Part shown: positions 12,504-23,669 of the stretch, piece after piece
How positions within the stretch are numbered: position 1 is the first letter of the stretch
Layout: the number at the start of each line of letters is the position of its first letter
NCBI GenBank assembly: GCA_965603825.1
Contig: CBFDEM010000058.1
Span: 248,001 to 312,000, forward strand
Length of the DNA stretch: 64,000 nt
Direction of reading: 5' to 3'
From: Blepharisma stoltei ATCC 30299
Lineage: Eukaryota; Protista; Ciliophora
Notes under the pieces: generated by a model
What the model saw: the letters and a program-made list of their open reading frames with translations, nothing else
Database searches by the model: none
Told to the model about the DNA's origin: nothing
Position numbers and translations under genes: made by a program

Positions 12504-13290
12504 TTAATTACTACAATAAATATCGCTTACGATTTTTTCTTTAATTCTTCTTCTAAAATTTAAAGAAAAATCATTTTCAGGAGCTTCATTAGATAATACA
12601 GGCGCATTACTTGGAGGTGCGCCAAACACAATTGCTTTGTTTTTATTAGAACTAAGTGTCCTCACTATTCTTGGAAAATTGTATAAATCAGGCTCAGGAA
12701 GCTGGAGTTTTTTTGCAATTTGTTGTGCTCTATAGCTTTCTAATTCAAACTTGTTCATATTAGCAATCGGTGAAAAATTTCCTCTTTGCTCCCTTGAAGC
12801 TGTACTTCGATCAAACGTTGATGAAGATCTGCCGGTTTTAGGATTTGATTCTGACCTCCTTTTTAATACTGAGTTTGAGTAATCTATAGAGTTTTCTAAA
12901 TATCTCATAGACCCAGGTGATATTTCTTTTTTTATTTTTGGAAGACGAGATTTTTCGCTTTTAAGCAAATCTGGGCTTTTTTTACGACTTCGTTTTGGGC
13001 TGAGTTCGAAATTCTTGGATAAAAGGTTTTTATTTAGGCAGTTTAAAGGATTAAGGTGCTGGTTTTGATAGATTCTTGTCAGATGGGTCTTGATTTTTCT
13101 TGATGACTTTTTTCGGATTTTTAGATGAGACTGCCTTAGTTTTACTTACTCGTTCATTTTCTTCTAAGGTTAGTTTGCTTGAATCGTTGGGTATATTAGG
13201 GAAATCTTTGGTGGATGTCTAAATATAAGATACTATAGCGTTTTCTGGATCAGCGGAAAATCTAGCAGTTGATATATGATCTTCTTCCAT
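12504..13290 (-). CDS. Hypothetical basic disordered protein, 2 introns
   Basis: ATG 13290; 15-nt intron 13219-13233; a second intron starting at 13149 must shift frame to reach the long 3' ORF. Confidence 0.6.
13219..13233 (-). other. 15-nt spliceosomal intron
   Basis: gtatcttatatttag, ends in an in-frame TAG. Confidence 0.8.
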
Positions 13291-13700
13291 TTACAATCTC
13301 CAAGTTAATAATGTTTGATTGTTTCATTTGAATTTATTATAAGAAACAAATAGCTTTAAATTGATATAAAATTCTATTTCATGCCTTCAATTACATTTTT
13401 AAAATAATTATTTCTGTAAAAAGTTCTTTAAACTTGCTAATTTAGTTTCCATATTTTTATCAAAACTTAATATCAGTCAGAAATGGAGAAGCTATAGAAA
13501 TTGGAAGACCAAACCTTATTTTACATGAACTAATACTAAATCTCTTATAAAGCACCCCTTAAACTCAATAATACAAATAAGTCTATATTCCATATTTTTC
13601 TGATATAAAAAATGATTCTGACGCCTCCATGCTATTCACTTTCAGTTTCCATATTGATCTGACAAACAGAAATTAATCACCTAATCACCTATATATAAAA

Positions 13701-14447
13701 ATGCTTAAAGAATCTCTAAAAACAGTAAGAAAACTTCAAAGTAATTCTGAAGTTTATACCCAAATAGCAAACTCTTTTCAAGCAGCATTTGCCAGAACTC
13801 CTTTGCCTTTATATCTCCGCATAGCTTTTCACGATGCTGGGACCTTTGATAAATTCACAAATACTGGTGGACCTAATGGAAGCATATTAAATGCAACTGA
13901 GCTAGCACGTGATGAAAATAAAGGAATTAGTACCGTAAAAGATGTGTACCTTAATATTAAAACCTCCTTTCCTTCAGTATCATTGGCTGATATCATTCAA
14001 ATAGGAGGATATGTATCTGTAAGTGCTTCAGGTGGACCAGTAATGCCATTTAGATTTGGAAGAGCCGATTGCACTGCTTCTACAGCTGACACTGATGGAA
14101 GAATTCCGGATCCATCTAGCAAAAATGTCAGAGCAATTTTCAGATCTATGGGATTTAATGATATAGAAACTGTTGCATTAAGTGGCGCGCATACTCTAGG
14201 AGGCCTTAGATTTGTAGGCCCACAATTAATTCCATTTACAAATCAGCCACTTGTGTTCAGCAATAAATATTATCAGCTTTTACTCCAAGCACAGCAGCAA
14301 GGCTTGGCTCGGCTGATTTCTGATTCATTTCTTGTAATGGATCCTGCGTTGCTAGCAATTGTGCAGTCTTTCGCAAACAATAATGATTTGTTTTTCAGCG
14401 AATATTCTAAAGCTCATGTGAAGCTATCAGAGTTGGGGTACCATTAA
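13701..14447 (+). CDS. Class I heme peroxidase (ascorbate/cytochrome c peroxidase family, APX-R-like)
   Basis: LRIAFHDAGTFD, GGPNGSI, SLADIIQ, FRFGRAD, VALSGAHTLG, KLSELG. Confidence 0.9.
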   Translation: MLKESLKTVRKLQSNSEVYTQIANSFQAAFARTPLPLYLRIAFHDAGTFDKFTNTGGPNGSILNATELARDENKGISTVKDVYLNIKTSFPSVSLADIIQIGGYVSVSASGGPVMPFRFGRADCTASTADTDGRIPDPSSKNVRAIFRSMGFNDIETVALSGAHTLGGLRFVGPQLIPFTNQPLVFSNKYYQLLLQAQQQGLARLISDSFLVMDPALLAIVQSFANNNDLFFSEYSKAHVKLSELGYH

Positions 14448-14767
14448 TAAATAATACAATTATAAAAATCAGGATTAATAAATAACAATCTTCAATTATG
14501 TTAGACCATAATATCTGATTATATGGAAACACCTATAAAATATGGAATATTTATGACTACTCGTATGACTTGTCATTTTCTCTTCTAAAGACAAGGCTTT
14601 GTCATACAAGTATCTTATGAAATTAAAAGTCTCTTATAAATATATTTAATAATCATAACAAATTTTCTTAGCTAAATATAATTCCAGCCAAAGACCATTA
14701 AAGCTCGATTATCGAATTTCCCGCAATAATATTGAAAAACTAAACTAAAATACAAATATTTTATTAC

Positions 14768-15292
14768 TTATGGCATTTCACCTTCAGCATGTTTAGCCAT
14801 ATGCTGAGAAAGTATATATTTATTATAAACCGATTTCCCACATATAGGGCAGCTTACCCTAGTAATTTTGTCATGAACTTGGTTTATATGAAATTTAACC
14901 GCATATTTATGCTTGAATTTCTTCCCACAGATATCACAGGACACGACTTCTTTGCTTTTAGTGTGCTGCTTTCCTAAATGTTGCTGAAGCCCTTTGTGGG
15001 TTTTGAACGTTTTATGGCATAAATGGCACAGAAAATCGTCATTCTCGAAACTTGAAATAGCCGAAAGGCAGGGGCTTGCTGAAGAATCATCAGAAATAAT
15101 CCCTAAATCTAAATCCAAGAAGTCAATTGTGTCTTTGTCAAGTTCAAAGTCCTCGATTAGGCAATTACGAATTTTGGCCTTTGACAAAGAATTTATGGGA
15201 GAATTTTTGTTTTCTTGGGTAAATTGGCTGCAATATAGCAAGAAGTATTTGCTGCTTGGCAAAACTGAATCGCTCCTTATATATTCCATCAT
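14768..15292 (-). CDS. C2H2 zinc-finger protein (three fingers)
   Basis: CHLC..H..H, CDIC..H..H, CPIC..H..H. Confidence 0.88.
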   Translation of the reverse strand: MMEYIRSDSVLPSSKYFLLYCSQFTQENKNSPINSLSKAKIRNCLIEDFELDKDTIDFLDLDLGIISDDSSASPCLSAISSFENDDFLCHLCHKTFKTHKGLQQHLGKQHTKSKEVVSCDICGKKFKHKYAVKFHINQVHDKITRVSCPICGKSVYNKYILSQHMAKHAEGEMP

Positions 15293-15997
15293 GTTTTATT
15301 AATTATTAAGTATTTCATTCAGTAAAGGCAATTTATTTGAAAATGGTAATAGAAAATGCTTAATGTATGTCCAAAATATTACCCAAAGCTTGACTATTGA
15401 GTTAATTTACTTTAAAATTCATTTAGAGAATAATAGCATCTAGAAGGAGAGTCTATTCAAAAACTAAAAATTAAATTTCCTTAGTTTTTGGCAACAAATA
15501 CTTATCAATATTGGATTTTTGAATTTTGACCTTAGATTAATATAATACATAAGGAGTAAAATTTTCATAATGCTAATCATTTCAAGGATTATATTTAAAA
15601 AGAAAACTTGATTTATAGCTTTATTCTTAACGGAAAATTTATTGCAGCTTATATAGTTAATTCGCATATTTTTCCAGATCTAGAATAAAAATTTTACTAT
15701 TCATATTTGAAAGCTTTATATTTTAATGATTAAATTTCAAATAAAAAGCCAACATCACTTGCTTTATATTAAAGTTCTTAGGCAATCAATTTTTGTCCCT
15801 TTTAAAATGTAACTGCTGAGTTTTTACCTATCGTCAAAATTTTGTTTACTGTGAAAAATGCTATGATCGAGATCTCAATAATTTTTAATAATTTTCTTTT
15901 CCAAATTTAATTATCTTTTGTATTATCTATACAATTTAAATTACCATCAAATCATAAATTTTATAAATTTATATTTAAATTATTTAGCAATTTTAAG

Positions 15998-16999
15998 TTA
16001 GAGATCATTCTGCCGATCTTTCAAAAACATTTTTTCTATTTGTTTGGCATCAGTAAACTTTCGAATTTTTCTGATTGTTTTTCTTTGGCTCATCGCTTGA
16101 GTCAACAAAAACGCAGTTTCTTGATTTTTTGCTACATGAAGTGGCAATTTTTTTGAGTTACTCCTAATATGTGGGCTTGCATTATTGGCTAGTAGAATTT
16201 TTACACAATTTAAGTGTCCATTCCTACAAGCTAGATATAAAGCTGTTCTGTGTGTCTAATTATCTTTTACCATATCGACTTCATCTACGAACGCGTTTTT
16301 TGATAGCAAAAGTTTGATTATGTCTGGCTGGTCTCTCACAGCTGCCCAATGTAAAGCAGTCATTTTCATTGAATCAAAAACATGCACAAGTCACTTATCT
16401 TTTTCGATTAAATCAATAACAATTTCAGTTTTTCCATTTTTGCAAGCATTGAAAAAATTCATTGAATTTTTTCTCCCAAATGCTTTAGTCCCAATTAATT
16501 TGGGTAAATTGGCGAGCTCTTTCAAAGTGATATTGATAGCTTTTAGATGTTTTAGGCTAAATTTTAAGCATTCTCAATAGTTTTTCTTGGGTTTTTCCAT
16601 TTGTTTTAGTATTGTCTTCATTGAAGTTATTGTATTTGAAATATCGTATATTTTTAAAGGCACATTTTCCATCATATTTACTTTTTTAGTAATTTCTTGA
16701 TTCCTTGGCGTTATAAGTCTGTAAGCTTCTCTGTGAAGAGTAATTTTAAACACTTTTGGTTTATACTCTGGCTCTTTATGGATCATCAATTCGCTTGTCT
16801 TTAACTCAGTCCTAACTGATTCTTGATTAAAAAGAGCAGTAGGAGAGGGAGTTCTATTTCTGCTGTTTCTCAATGTTGAATAATTAGGCATTGATCTTAT
16901 CCTTAAATGGTTTCCCCTGGGCTCTGGCGTTTGAAATCGCAAAGTTTTAATTGGAGTCCCTTGTAGTGAATTTTTGCTTCTTATTCTAACAAGACCCAT
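15998..16999 (-). CDS. Ankyrin-repeat protein
   Basis: Reads through TGA 16574-16576 and a second TGA; MTALHWAA, RTALYLAC, KLPLHVA; intron 16256-16270; TAA 15998-16000. Confidence 0.88.
16256..16270 (-). other. 15-nt spliceosomal intron
   Basis: gtaaaagataattag; removal gives VDM|THRTALYLA ankyrin continuity. Confidence 0.9.
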
Positions 17000-17027
17000 T
17001 TTTTATGAAATCATGGAATTATTATTT

Positions 17028-18341
17028 TTATAAGATTTCGTCAGGAAAGCATTCAAAATCTAATATCTGTTCAGACGAATTATCTTCTGAAGATTTATGG
17101 ATTATTTCCTGCTTTTGTGTTATGTTGGTACAAGCTGAAAAAATGATACTACGGAAATCTTCATCTACTGCCTGTCTTCTTCTGAAAATTTCAATGAATT
17201 CTTGGATTTCGTTAGAAATATTAATGTCTTCAATATTTTTGGTGGCTGAAATTACAGAAATTGACAGTAAAATAGGATAAATTGATCCTATTTGCAGCTC
17301 TGGGTCTTTAAGTATAGTAAGTAAGCATCGTAATAGAGCATTTATATCTGAGAAATTTAAAACAAAATCTCTTCCTGATTGATAATTAAGAAGATTTGCA
17401 AGAAGAGCGCTCCCAAAAATTTGAATAAAAGGATGTGAGCGTGATTTCCTCATAATTTGTGTGTATAATAAATTTTTAATCAGCCACTCAATAAAATCTG
17501 TCCTTGAAATCATCATGCAGACTTCATCTTCTGAATATGTCAATTTCTGTAATATAGAAATGGAAAATCTCTGAGAGACACTTCCAGATGGTGCAATTTT
17601 TGCAAAATTTATAAAGAAATTGATTAATCATTCTGCATTATTTGCTAATATATATTGTCTGCCTTGCTGGCTTGAGCATAATATTGAAACTATTCCTAAA
17701 ATATTTTTCTTTGTATTTCGATTATCAACTTCTAAAAATTTTTTCAAATTATTTGAAAATATATTTCTTGCTACCAGCGAATTTAAATAGTCTTGCCTCC
17801 CTTCTTTAGGAATTAACAATGATTCGTTTCTGAGCTCTATAAGATTCTTGTTTAAAGAATTATAGTCTTTAGAATTTAAATTTTCTAAGATCCTTTCTTT
17901 ATAGTCTTGAACTTTTATAGAAGTTCTTTCAAAACTCTGCTGAACCTCATCAATTTTTAAGCCAAATTGACTACAGAGCCTGGAAATTTGTAGTCGATAA
18001 TTCGCAATTATTTCTTGATCGGCATTGAGCCTCAGGTTTTCTATTTTTTTGATTAAGTCTGCCGCTATTATTAATGCCTTTTGTCAAGCCTCAATTAATT
18101 TTTTATTTTCATTTTCTCATTCTTTAACTTTCTCTGAATCTCTCATCAGCTTATGAAATCTTCATTCAGATTCAGTTATTCCCATAGATATTTCATTTTG
18201 AGCCTTCATTTTAAACTCTTTTGACACCTTTTTCGCTCTAATTTCTGCTTTAAAACATTCAAATGTGCTTTCAAAGTTATTTTCAGTCAAAAACTCCTTT
18301 ATAAATTCATATAGAACTTCTGTGTCTGGTTCAGTTGACAT
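17028..18341 (-). CDS. LisH plus armadillo-like protein (ARMC9-like)
   Basis: N-terminal LisH (FIKEFLTENNFESTFECFKAE), QQGRQY, GSVSQRFSISILQKL, FGSALLANL; continuous 437-aa frame with TGA=Trp. Confidence 0.7.
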
Positions 18342-18371
18342 ATATATTTATGCAATTATGAACATTAAATC

Positions 18372-19148
18372 ATGAATACGAAAGATTTAGAAGCAAAGTG
18401 TCTTATAGACTTAACATTAGAAAGTGAAAAAGCTGGGGAATGGGACCAAACCAACTTTGCTATTGAGGAAAATTTGGAATCAAAAATATCATCTTGGAAT
18501 GGCCAAAGTCCACGAACACCAAAAATCACTCACATAAAAGACAGAGAAGCATCTACTCAGCTTCACGGCTTTTCAATGCACATTGAGAATTTTAAAGAAT
18601 TAACACCAAAATCGCGAACTCCTACTATTAGTCTTAGTAAGAAAATAGTATATGAAAAAGCACCTATATTCCCTTTTAAAATCCCTTATAAATCTCAAAC
18701 TCCAAAGCCAAAAATTGAATTCATTAAGTTCAAAATCAGCAATAAAGACAAACAAGCATTTTATTTTAGATCTCCTTTAAAATGATCAGAAAAGATCAAG
18801 ACAGATAAAACAATGACAAGGCCGAAATCGACATTTCGTGGAGTAAATCTAATATAGATTGATCAATTATTGGAAATGATAAATAGCCCCAAATCAAGTA
18901 CTTTACCATTTTATAAGCCTACAAAATCAACTTTTATGAAGCCAAGCACTTCAACAATGAAAAAGATCACATCGCCAAGGATACAATTAACAGCTTCACA
19001 TTTTCAGTCAAGAAAAACCAAAAGCAATGACCCTTCATCAAGGTTTTCTAATCAAAATAATTTTGACATTTCAAGAATTTCAAAGAAAAAGCGAAGATTT
19101 TCTAATTTGAATAGTCTGAATATGAAGGTATCTGAAAGCTTAAAATAA
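18372..19148 (+). CDS. Hypothetical Ser/Pro/Lys-rich protein
   Basis: Joined by TGA 18783-18785 and intron 18843-18857. Confidence 0.7.
18843..18857 (+). other. 15-nt spliceosomal intron
   Basis: gtaaatctaatatag, ends in an in-frame TAG. Confidence 0.82.
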
Positions 19149-19192
19149 AGTCCATTCAATATAATTTCTTATGTACTTATTAATAATAAGTA

Positions 19193-20392
19193 ATGTCTGA
19201 TAAGGACACCAAAGATTTAGGCTATACTATGGTTCGGCCTTCATTTTTTGATCTCGCTGACCCAAATGCAGGAATTTATAAATGCGAGCTTAAAGGGCTT
19301 TATATTCTGCTTGTTCTTATCAGCACTTTTTATATCGGAATATCTGCTGTCCAGAGATTTTCATCAGTAGGATATTTCTGAGAAGATGCCCTATTTTGGG
19401 CTATGGCAAAAGATTGGCTTATAGTGGCTCTAGCGTATCCATTCCTTTTCGCATACTCCTTTATGGCTTATTTTCTTCAAATTCTTATAATAAAAGGCTT
19501 ATCTTACAATTTATCTGTAGTATTCCAGCATTTGTCACAAGGCTTCATGTTTTTGGTTGTCTCATATATCATTGTTACATGAGACTGCGGGTTCAGTCAA
19601 ACAATGTATATGACGATCCTTTGCTTTTGTTTTTTCATGAAAATGCACTCTTATACGATGGTGAACAGAGATTTGAGGGAAAATCAAGATAAATCTGAAA
19701 ATAAATATCCTAAGAATATTACAATTGCTAATTATGCCAATTATTTATTGACCCCTGTGCTGATTTATCAATTAAGTTATCCGAGAATACCAAAATTTAG
19801 ACCAGAGTATTTTTTCAAAAAACTGATTTTGTTGTTTTTTCAGCTGTTTTCAATGTATGTAATTACATCGGATCATATTATGCCAGCACTTGCTAGAGGA
19901 AAGAGTATACAATTTTTGGATTTATATTGCAGATTGATTTTGCCAACTCTTATTGTATATTTACTCATATTTTTTGTGGCTTTTGAGCAAATATTAAATC
20001 TCCTTGCTGAAATATCAAGATTTGGAGATAGAGAATTTTATCAAGACTGGTGAAATTCATTAAGTCAATCAGATTTTGCTAGAAAATGGAATAGGCCTAT
20101 ACATTTATTCCTTTATAAACATGTTTACCTAGAACTGCGAACTCGTTATGGATTCAAAAATATGGCTTCGTCTCTATTTACCTTATTATTTTCATCCCTT
20201 TGCCATGAAATGATTGCAGCTTTGATCTGTAAAAAAATACGCTTTTATTTATTGGGGATAATGTGGTTGCAATTCCCCCTGATTTTTCTAGTGAAGACAG
20301 TTAAAAACGATTTGTTTGGGCTTTACTTGTTTCTGATAGGAATAATCGCAGGTCCTCCCTTAATATTAACTCTCTATGCAGTTTCTATTTAA
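19193..20392 (+). CDS. MBOAT sterol O-acyltransferase (ACAT/DGAT1 family)
   Basis: MKMHSY, YPKNIT, FGDREFYQDW-W(TGA)-NS, WNRPIH, catalytic HE; 399 aa with three TGA. Confidence 0.92.
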
Positions 20393-20413
20393 TCCCGCCT
20401 TTAAATAATTAAA

Positions 20414-20923
20414 ATGGAAATTCAAATAGAAAACTCACGGCTGCTTAAATTTTACCAAATATTTTTCCTTCAGCTGAACAAACTTGTGTCTCTGATTGAC
20501 CCAAAAACAATTTTAAGCCTTTTATCTAACGTTTCCCCTGACATTGTATCCGAAATTGAGTCTTCAGCTACAGAAAATATCCGAGCTTTTATGAAAATTT
20601 CCAAACAAAATTTTGAAGCTTTTTTATTAAAATATGACATTCCACAAATGCTGGATAAATTAGAATTTAAAGAAATCGAGAATAATCTGATTGAGGAATG
20701 CAATGTGACATCAGAAGCCGCTGAAATTCTGAGAAGTGTGTTTAGTGGAAAAGAAGCAAGTTTTCCTCAAGCAAGAATTGGGCTTGAAAGATTTGTGGAG
20801 CAAGCTAAATTAGAATTGAAAAGGGTAAGGGAAGAAAATTATTTATTGGAGAGAAAAAGAGAAAATTTATATGACGAAATTAATGAACTGAGGCAAATCG
20901 TATTGGAAAAATGCAATAATTAA
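20414..20923 (+). CDS. Possible Nnf1/PMF1-like kinetochore (Mis12 complex) subunit
   Basis: 169 aa; F(E)..L..Y.I...LDKLE segment followed by a coiled coil; similarity judged by eye. Confidence 0.4.
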   Translation: MEIQIENSRLLKFYQIFFLQLNKLVSLIDPKTILSLLSNVSPDIVSEIESSATENIRAFMKISKQNFEAFLLKYDIPQMLDKLEFKEIENNLIEECNVTSEAAEILRSVFSGKEASFPQARIGLERFVEQAKLELKRVREENYLLERKRENLYDEINELRQIVLEKCNN

Positions 20924-21017
20924 TTTTTGTTAGAAAATTATTTTCACCTTTAGCAGCTAATAATAATTTACTTACTTATAATGCCATTAGAAATCTCATT
21001 CTAATATGAAATTGTAA

Positions 21018-22229
21018 ATGTCAAAACAAGCTGAGTTATGCGACCAAACTCCATTTGAGCTCATTTCTATCTTAAATGAACTTATTGACTCAGAAAATTT
21101 TGATGGCATGACTATAATGTTGCAAGAACTCGAAGAAGCTGGCTACGAAAAATTTCATCAAGTGCTCCTTATGGCTTTTCAAAGACTCATCAATAGGAAC
21201 TTTCTCACGAGAGCCTTAGATTTATTTACAATTTTTCCAATTTTGTGCTATTATGAAAAAAGCATTGAAGGATTTTTAGCAGATTGTCTCTTTGATTCTA
21301 TCTGCAGTGGCAATGAAGATAAGATAAAAAATTTGATTGATTGTTTTGGAAACTATACAGCAGTAACTAACGCATCAAATTATAATTTATTTGAATATGC
21401 TGTGGTTTTGGGGAAATTTGAAATGGCCAAAATGATTAGAGAAACACTGGGGGTTACAAGTAATGAAGGATTTTTATTGATCAGAGCAGCAAGATTAGGA
21501 AAAGTTGAAATTTTAGAATACTTGTGAAAAGAGATAGGGATGTATACAACACAAACTGATTTATTGCTGAGATACGCGATTAAATCAGGGTCTCTAGATA
21601 CCTTAAAGTTTATTCGCTTTGAAATTGGAATAGTTGATTACAGAGAGTCTGAAATCCTTGAAATTGCCATCTATCAAGCTATAGAAACAGCAGATTTCAA
21701 TAACTTGGAATTTTTATTGGTCTATTTCAAAATGAATTTTAATCCCAAAAAAATTTTACCAATGGGAGATACAGAGCCCCCACCTAAGCACTGCTTATAT
21801 GAATCAATGTGTAAATTAGCTGTAATGAACGATACTGATTTCATTAGGTATTGCTATTATGTTTTAAAAATTGACTTTGCTACCTGCAACCCCAAAAGTG
21901 AATGAGCAACTTATTTAGATCTGCTTAAAATTTCAGTAAAAAATTGAAACTTAAAGCTTCTTAAAATTTTGATAGAAGAGCTAGGACTAGTAACTCGGAT
22001 AATCCCAGATGTCCTAGGAGAGTGCTTGATTTTCTATATTTTACAATTTCCTGGTGAAGCCAAAGATAAAAGGAAATTTTTGGACTATTATTTGAAATAT
22101 GAAACCAAAGATAATTTGAGAAGCATCAAGGATTTTCTCACCCCAGAAATGATTGCTATGCTTCAAAATGCAAAAATGAAAAGCTCAGATGCTTATTCGA
22201 AAAAGGCGAAATATTATACACAAGATTAA
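21018..22229 (+). CDS. Degenerate ankyrin-like repeat protein
   Basis: Repeated A...G..E...Y/FL helices; three in-frame TGA join three ORFs in one frame. Confidence 0.7.
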
Positions 22230-22311
22230 TTATAGTGCTAATTATTTCTGTTTATTTTTTGTTATAGTGCAAGCTATATTGGTTTTCAATAAGCATGGCT
22301 TAATTTTTAAA

Positions 22312-23337
22312 TTAATTAAGCTCTGAATGAGTGACTACTTCTAAAATCACGTCAGCTATTACTTTCCCCAAGCTTAAAGACACAATTTTATATGAGTTTT
22401 GCTTAAGCGGGATTGTATTTGTAATAATCAGCTCAGTTAAGCTACTTTTTTCGATTTTTTTTATAGCTTCATTCGTAAAATTCCCATGTGTCGCGTACAT
22501 GAAAATCCTTTCCGCGTCTCTTTTTCTTAAATTTTCTAAAGCGTTCATAAGTCTGCTGCCTGTAATAATCATATCGTCTACAATAACAATGTCTCTTCCT
22601 GTCAAAACATCGCCAACATACTCATTTCTCCTATGTTTATTTATATAAGACATACTGGTTCCTCCATGATTCATGAGTGCTATATCACAGTCAATGCCTT
22701 CCTCATTCATAATCTCATAAAACGCATACGCTCGTTTGAACCCTCTGATATCAGGGCTTATAATGACTGGCTTCTTTAAGTTTTTCGACTTTAAATACTC
22801 CACAGCTACAGAATAGGGCTTAATTTCTGTCACAGGGACGTTAAAGAATCCTTTGGCTTGCTCTCCATGGTAATCAACGCAGACAACGGCATCAAGCCCA
22901 ACTGCTTCTAATAGCATAGAAATTTCAGCTGATGGGATTCCTGGCTTGACTTTTTCAGGGATATCCTGTCTAGCATAAGCCATGTAAGGGACTATTGCGA
23001 TTACTTTTCTGCAATTTGAAGATTTTAAAGTTTCCAGCATCAGGATAAGTTCCATTAAGTTATCTTGTATTGGTTGGCATAAAGATTGAATTACAAAAAC
23101 GTCTCTTCCAGCGACATTGTCAATTATTTTTATTGATGATTCGCCATCGGCAAAATTTGAGAGCCCAACTCTTGCTAGCTGAATTCCCAGATACCCTGAG
23201 ACTTCATGGGCAAGTTCTTTTGATCCGGACCCGCTGATTATTTTTACTGGAACTTGGCTTGAAGGAGGAATATAGTAATCTGATAAGGACGGCATTTGGG
23301 CTAACAAAAAGCCGCCTGCTAAGACTCTTGCCCACAT
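22312..23337 (-). CDS. Ribose-phosphate pyrophosphokinase (PRPP synthetase)-like protein
   Basis: FADGE, VFVIQS, PYMAYARQD, SPD, IVDDMI.TG, ATHG, TNTIP. Confidence 0.9.
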   Translation of the reverse strand: MWARVLAGGFLLAQMPSLSDYYIPPSSQVPVKIISGSGSKELAHEVSGYLGIQLARVGLSNFADGESSIKIIDNVAGRDVFVIQSLCQPIQDNLMELILMLETLKSSNCRKVIAIVPYMAYARQDIPEKVKPGIPSAEISMLLEAVGLDAVVCVDYHGEQAKGFFNVPVTEIKPYSVAVEYLKSKNLKKPVIISPDIRGFKRAYAFYEIMNEEGIDCDIALMNHGGTSMSYINKHRRNEYVGDVLTGRDIVIVDDMIITGSRLMNALENLRKRDAERIFMYATHGNFTNEAIKKIEKSSLTELIITNTIPLKQNSYKIVSLSLGKVIADVILEVVTHSELN

Positions 23338-23348
23338 TTAGATATTAT

Positions 23349-23648
23349 TTATTTTTTAAGCTTGATATTATATCTAGTGCATATTTGTTGGATGTTATAT
23401 CTAGCTAGCTCATCTCTTGTTTTTTGTAATGGAATTTGTTTCATTGTTCTTCTATAGTCACCGAAAACCACATTCATTAATTGTCTCTTTGCTACTAATG
23501 GAAGTTTATCACTATTGAGCTTTAAAATGACCTTTTTGGATTCCTGGACTTGTTCAGGATTAGATGTTCCAGTTGCTAGCCCAAGAAGCAGCTGATTTGT
23601 ACATCATTCAAGCTCCTCTTCTAAGGTCATCTCTTTAGCTTCTTCCAT
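23349..23648 (-). CDS. UPF0488/C8orf33-like protein (99 aa, absent from ORF track)
   Basis: LEEELE-W(TGA)-CTNQLLLGL ... LPLVAKRQLMNVVFGDYR. Confidence 0.8.
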
Positions 23649-23669
23649 ATTGATAAAATTAGCAATTAT

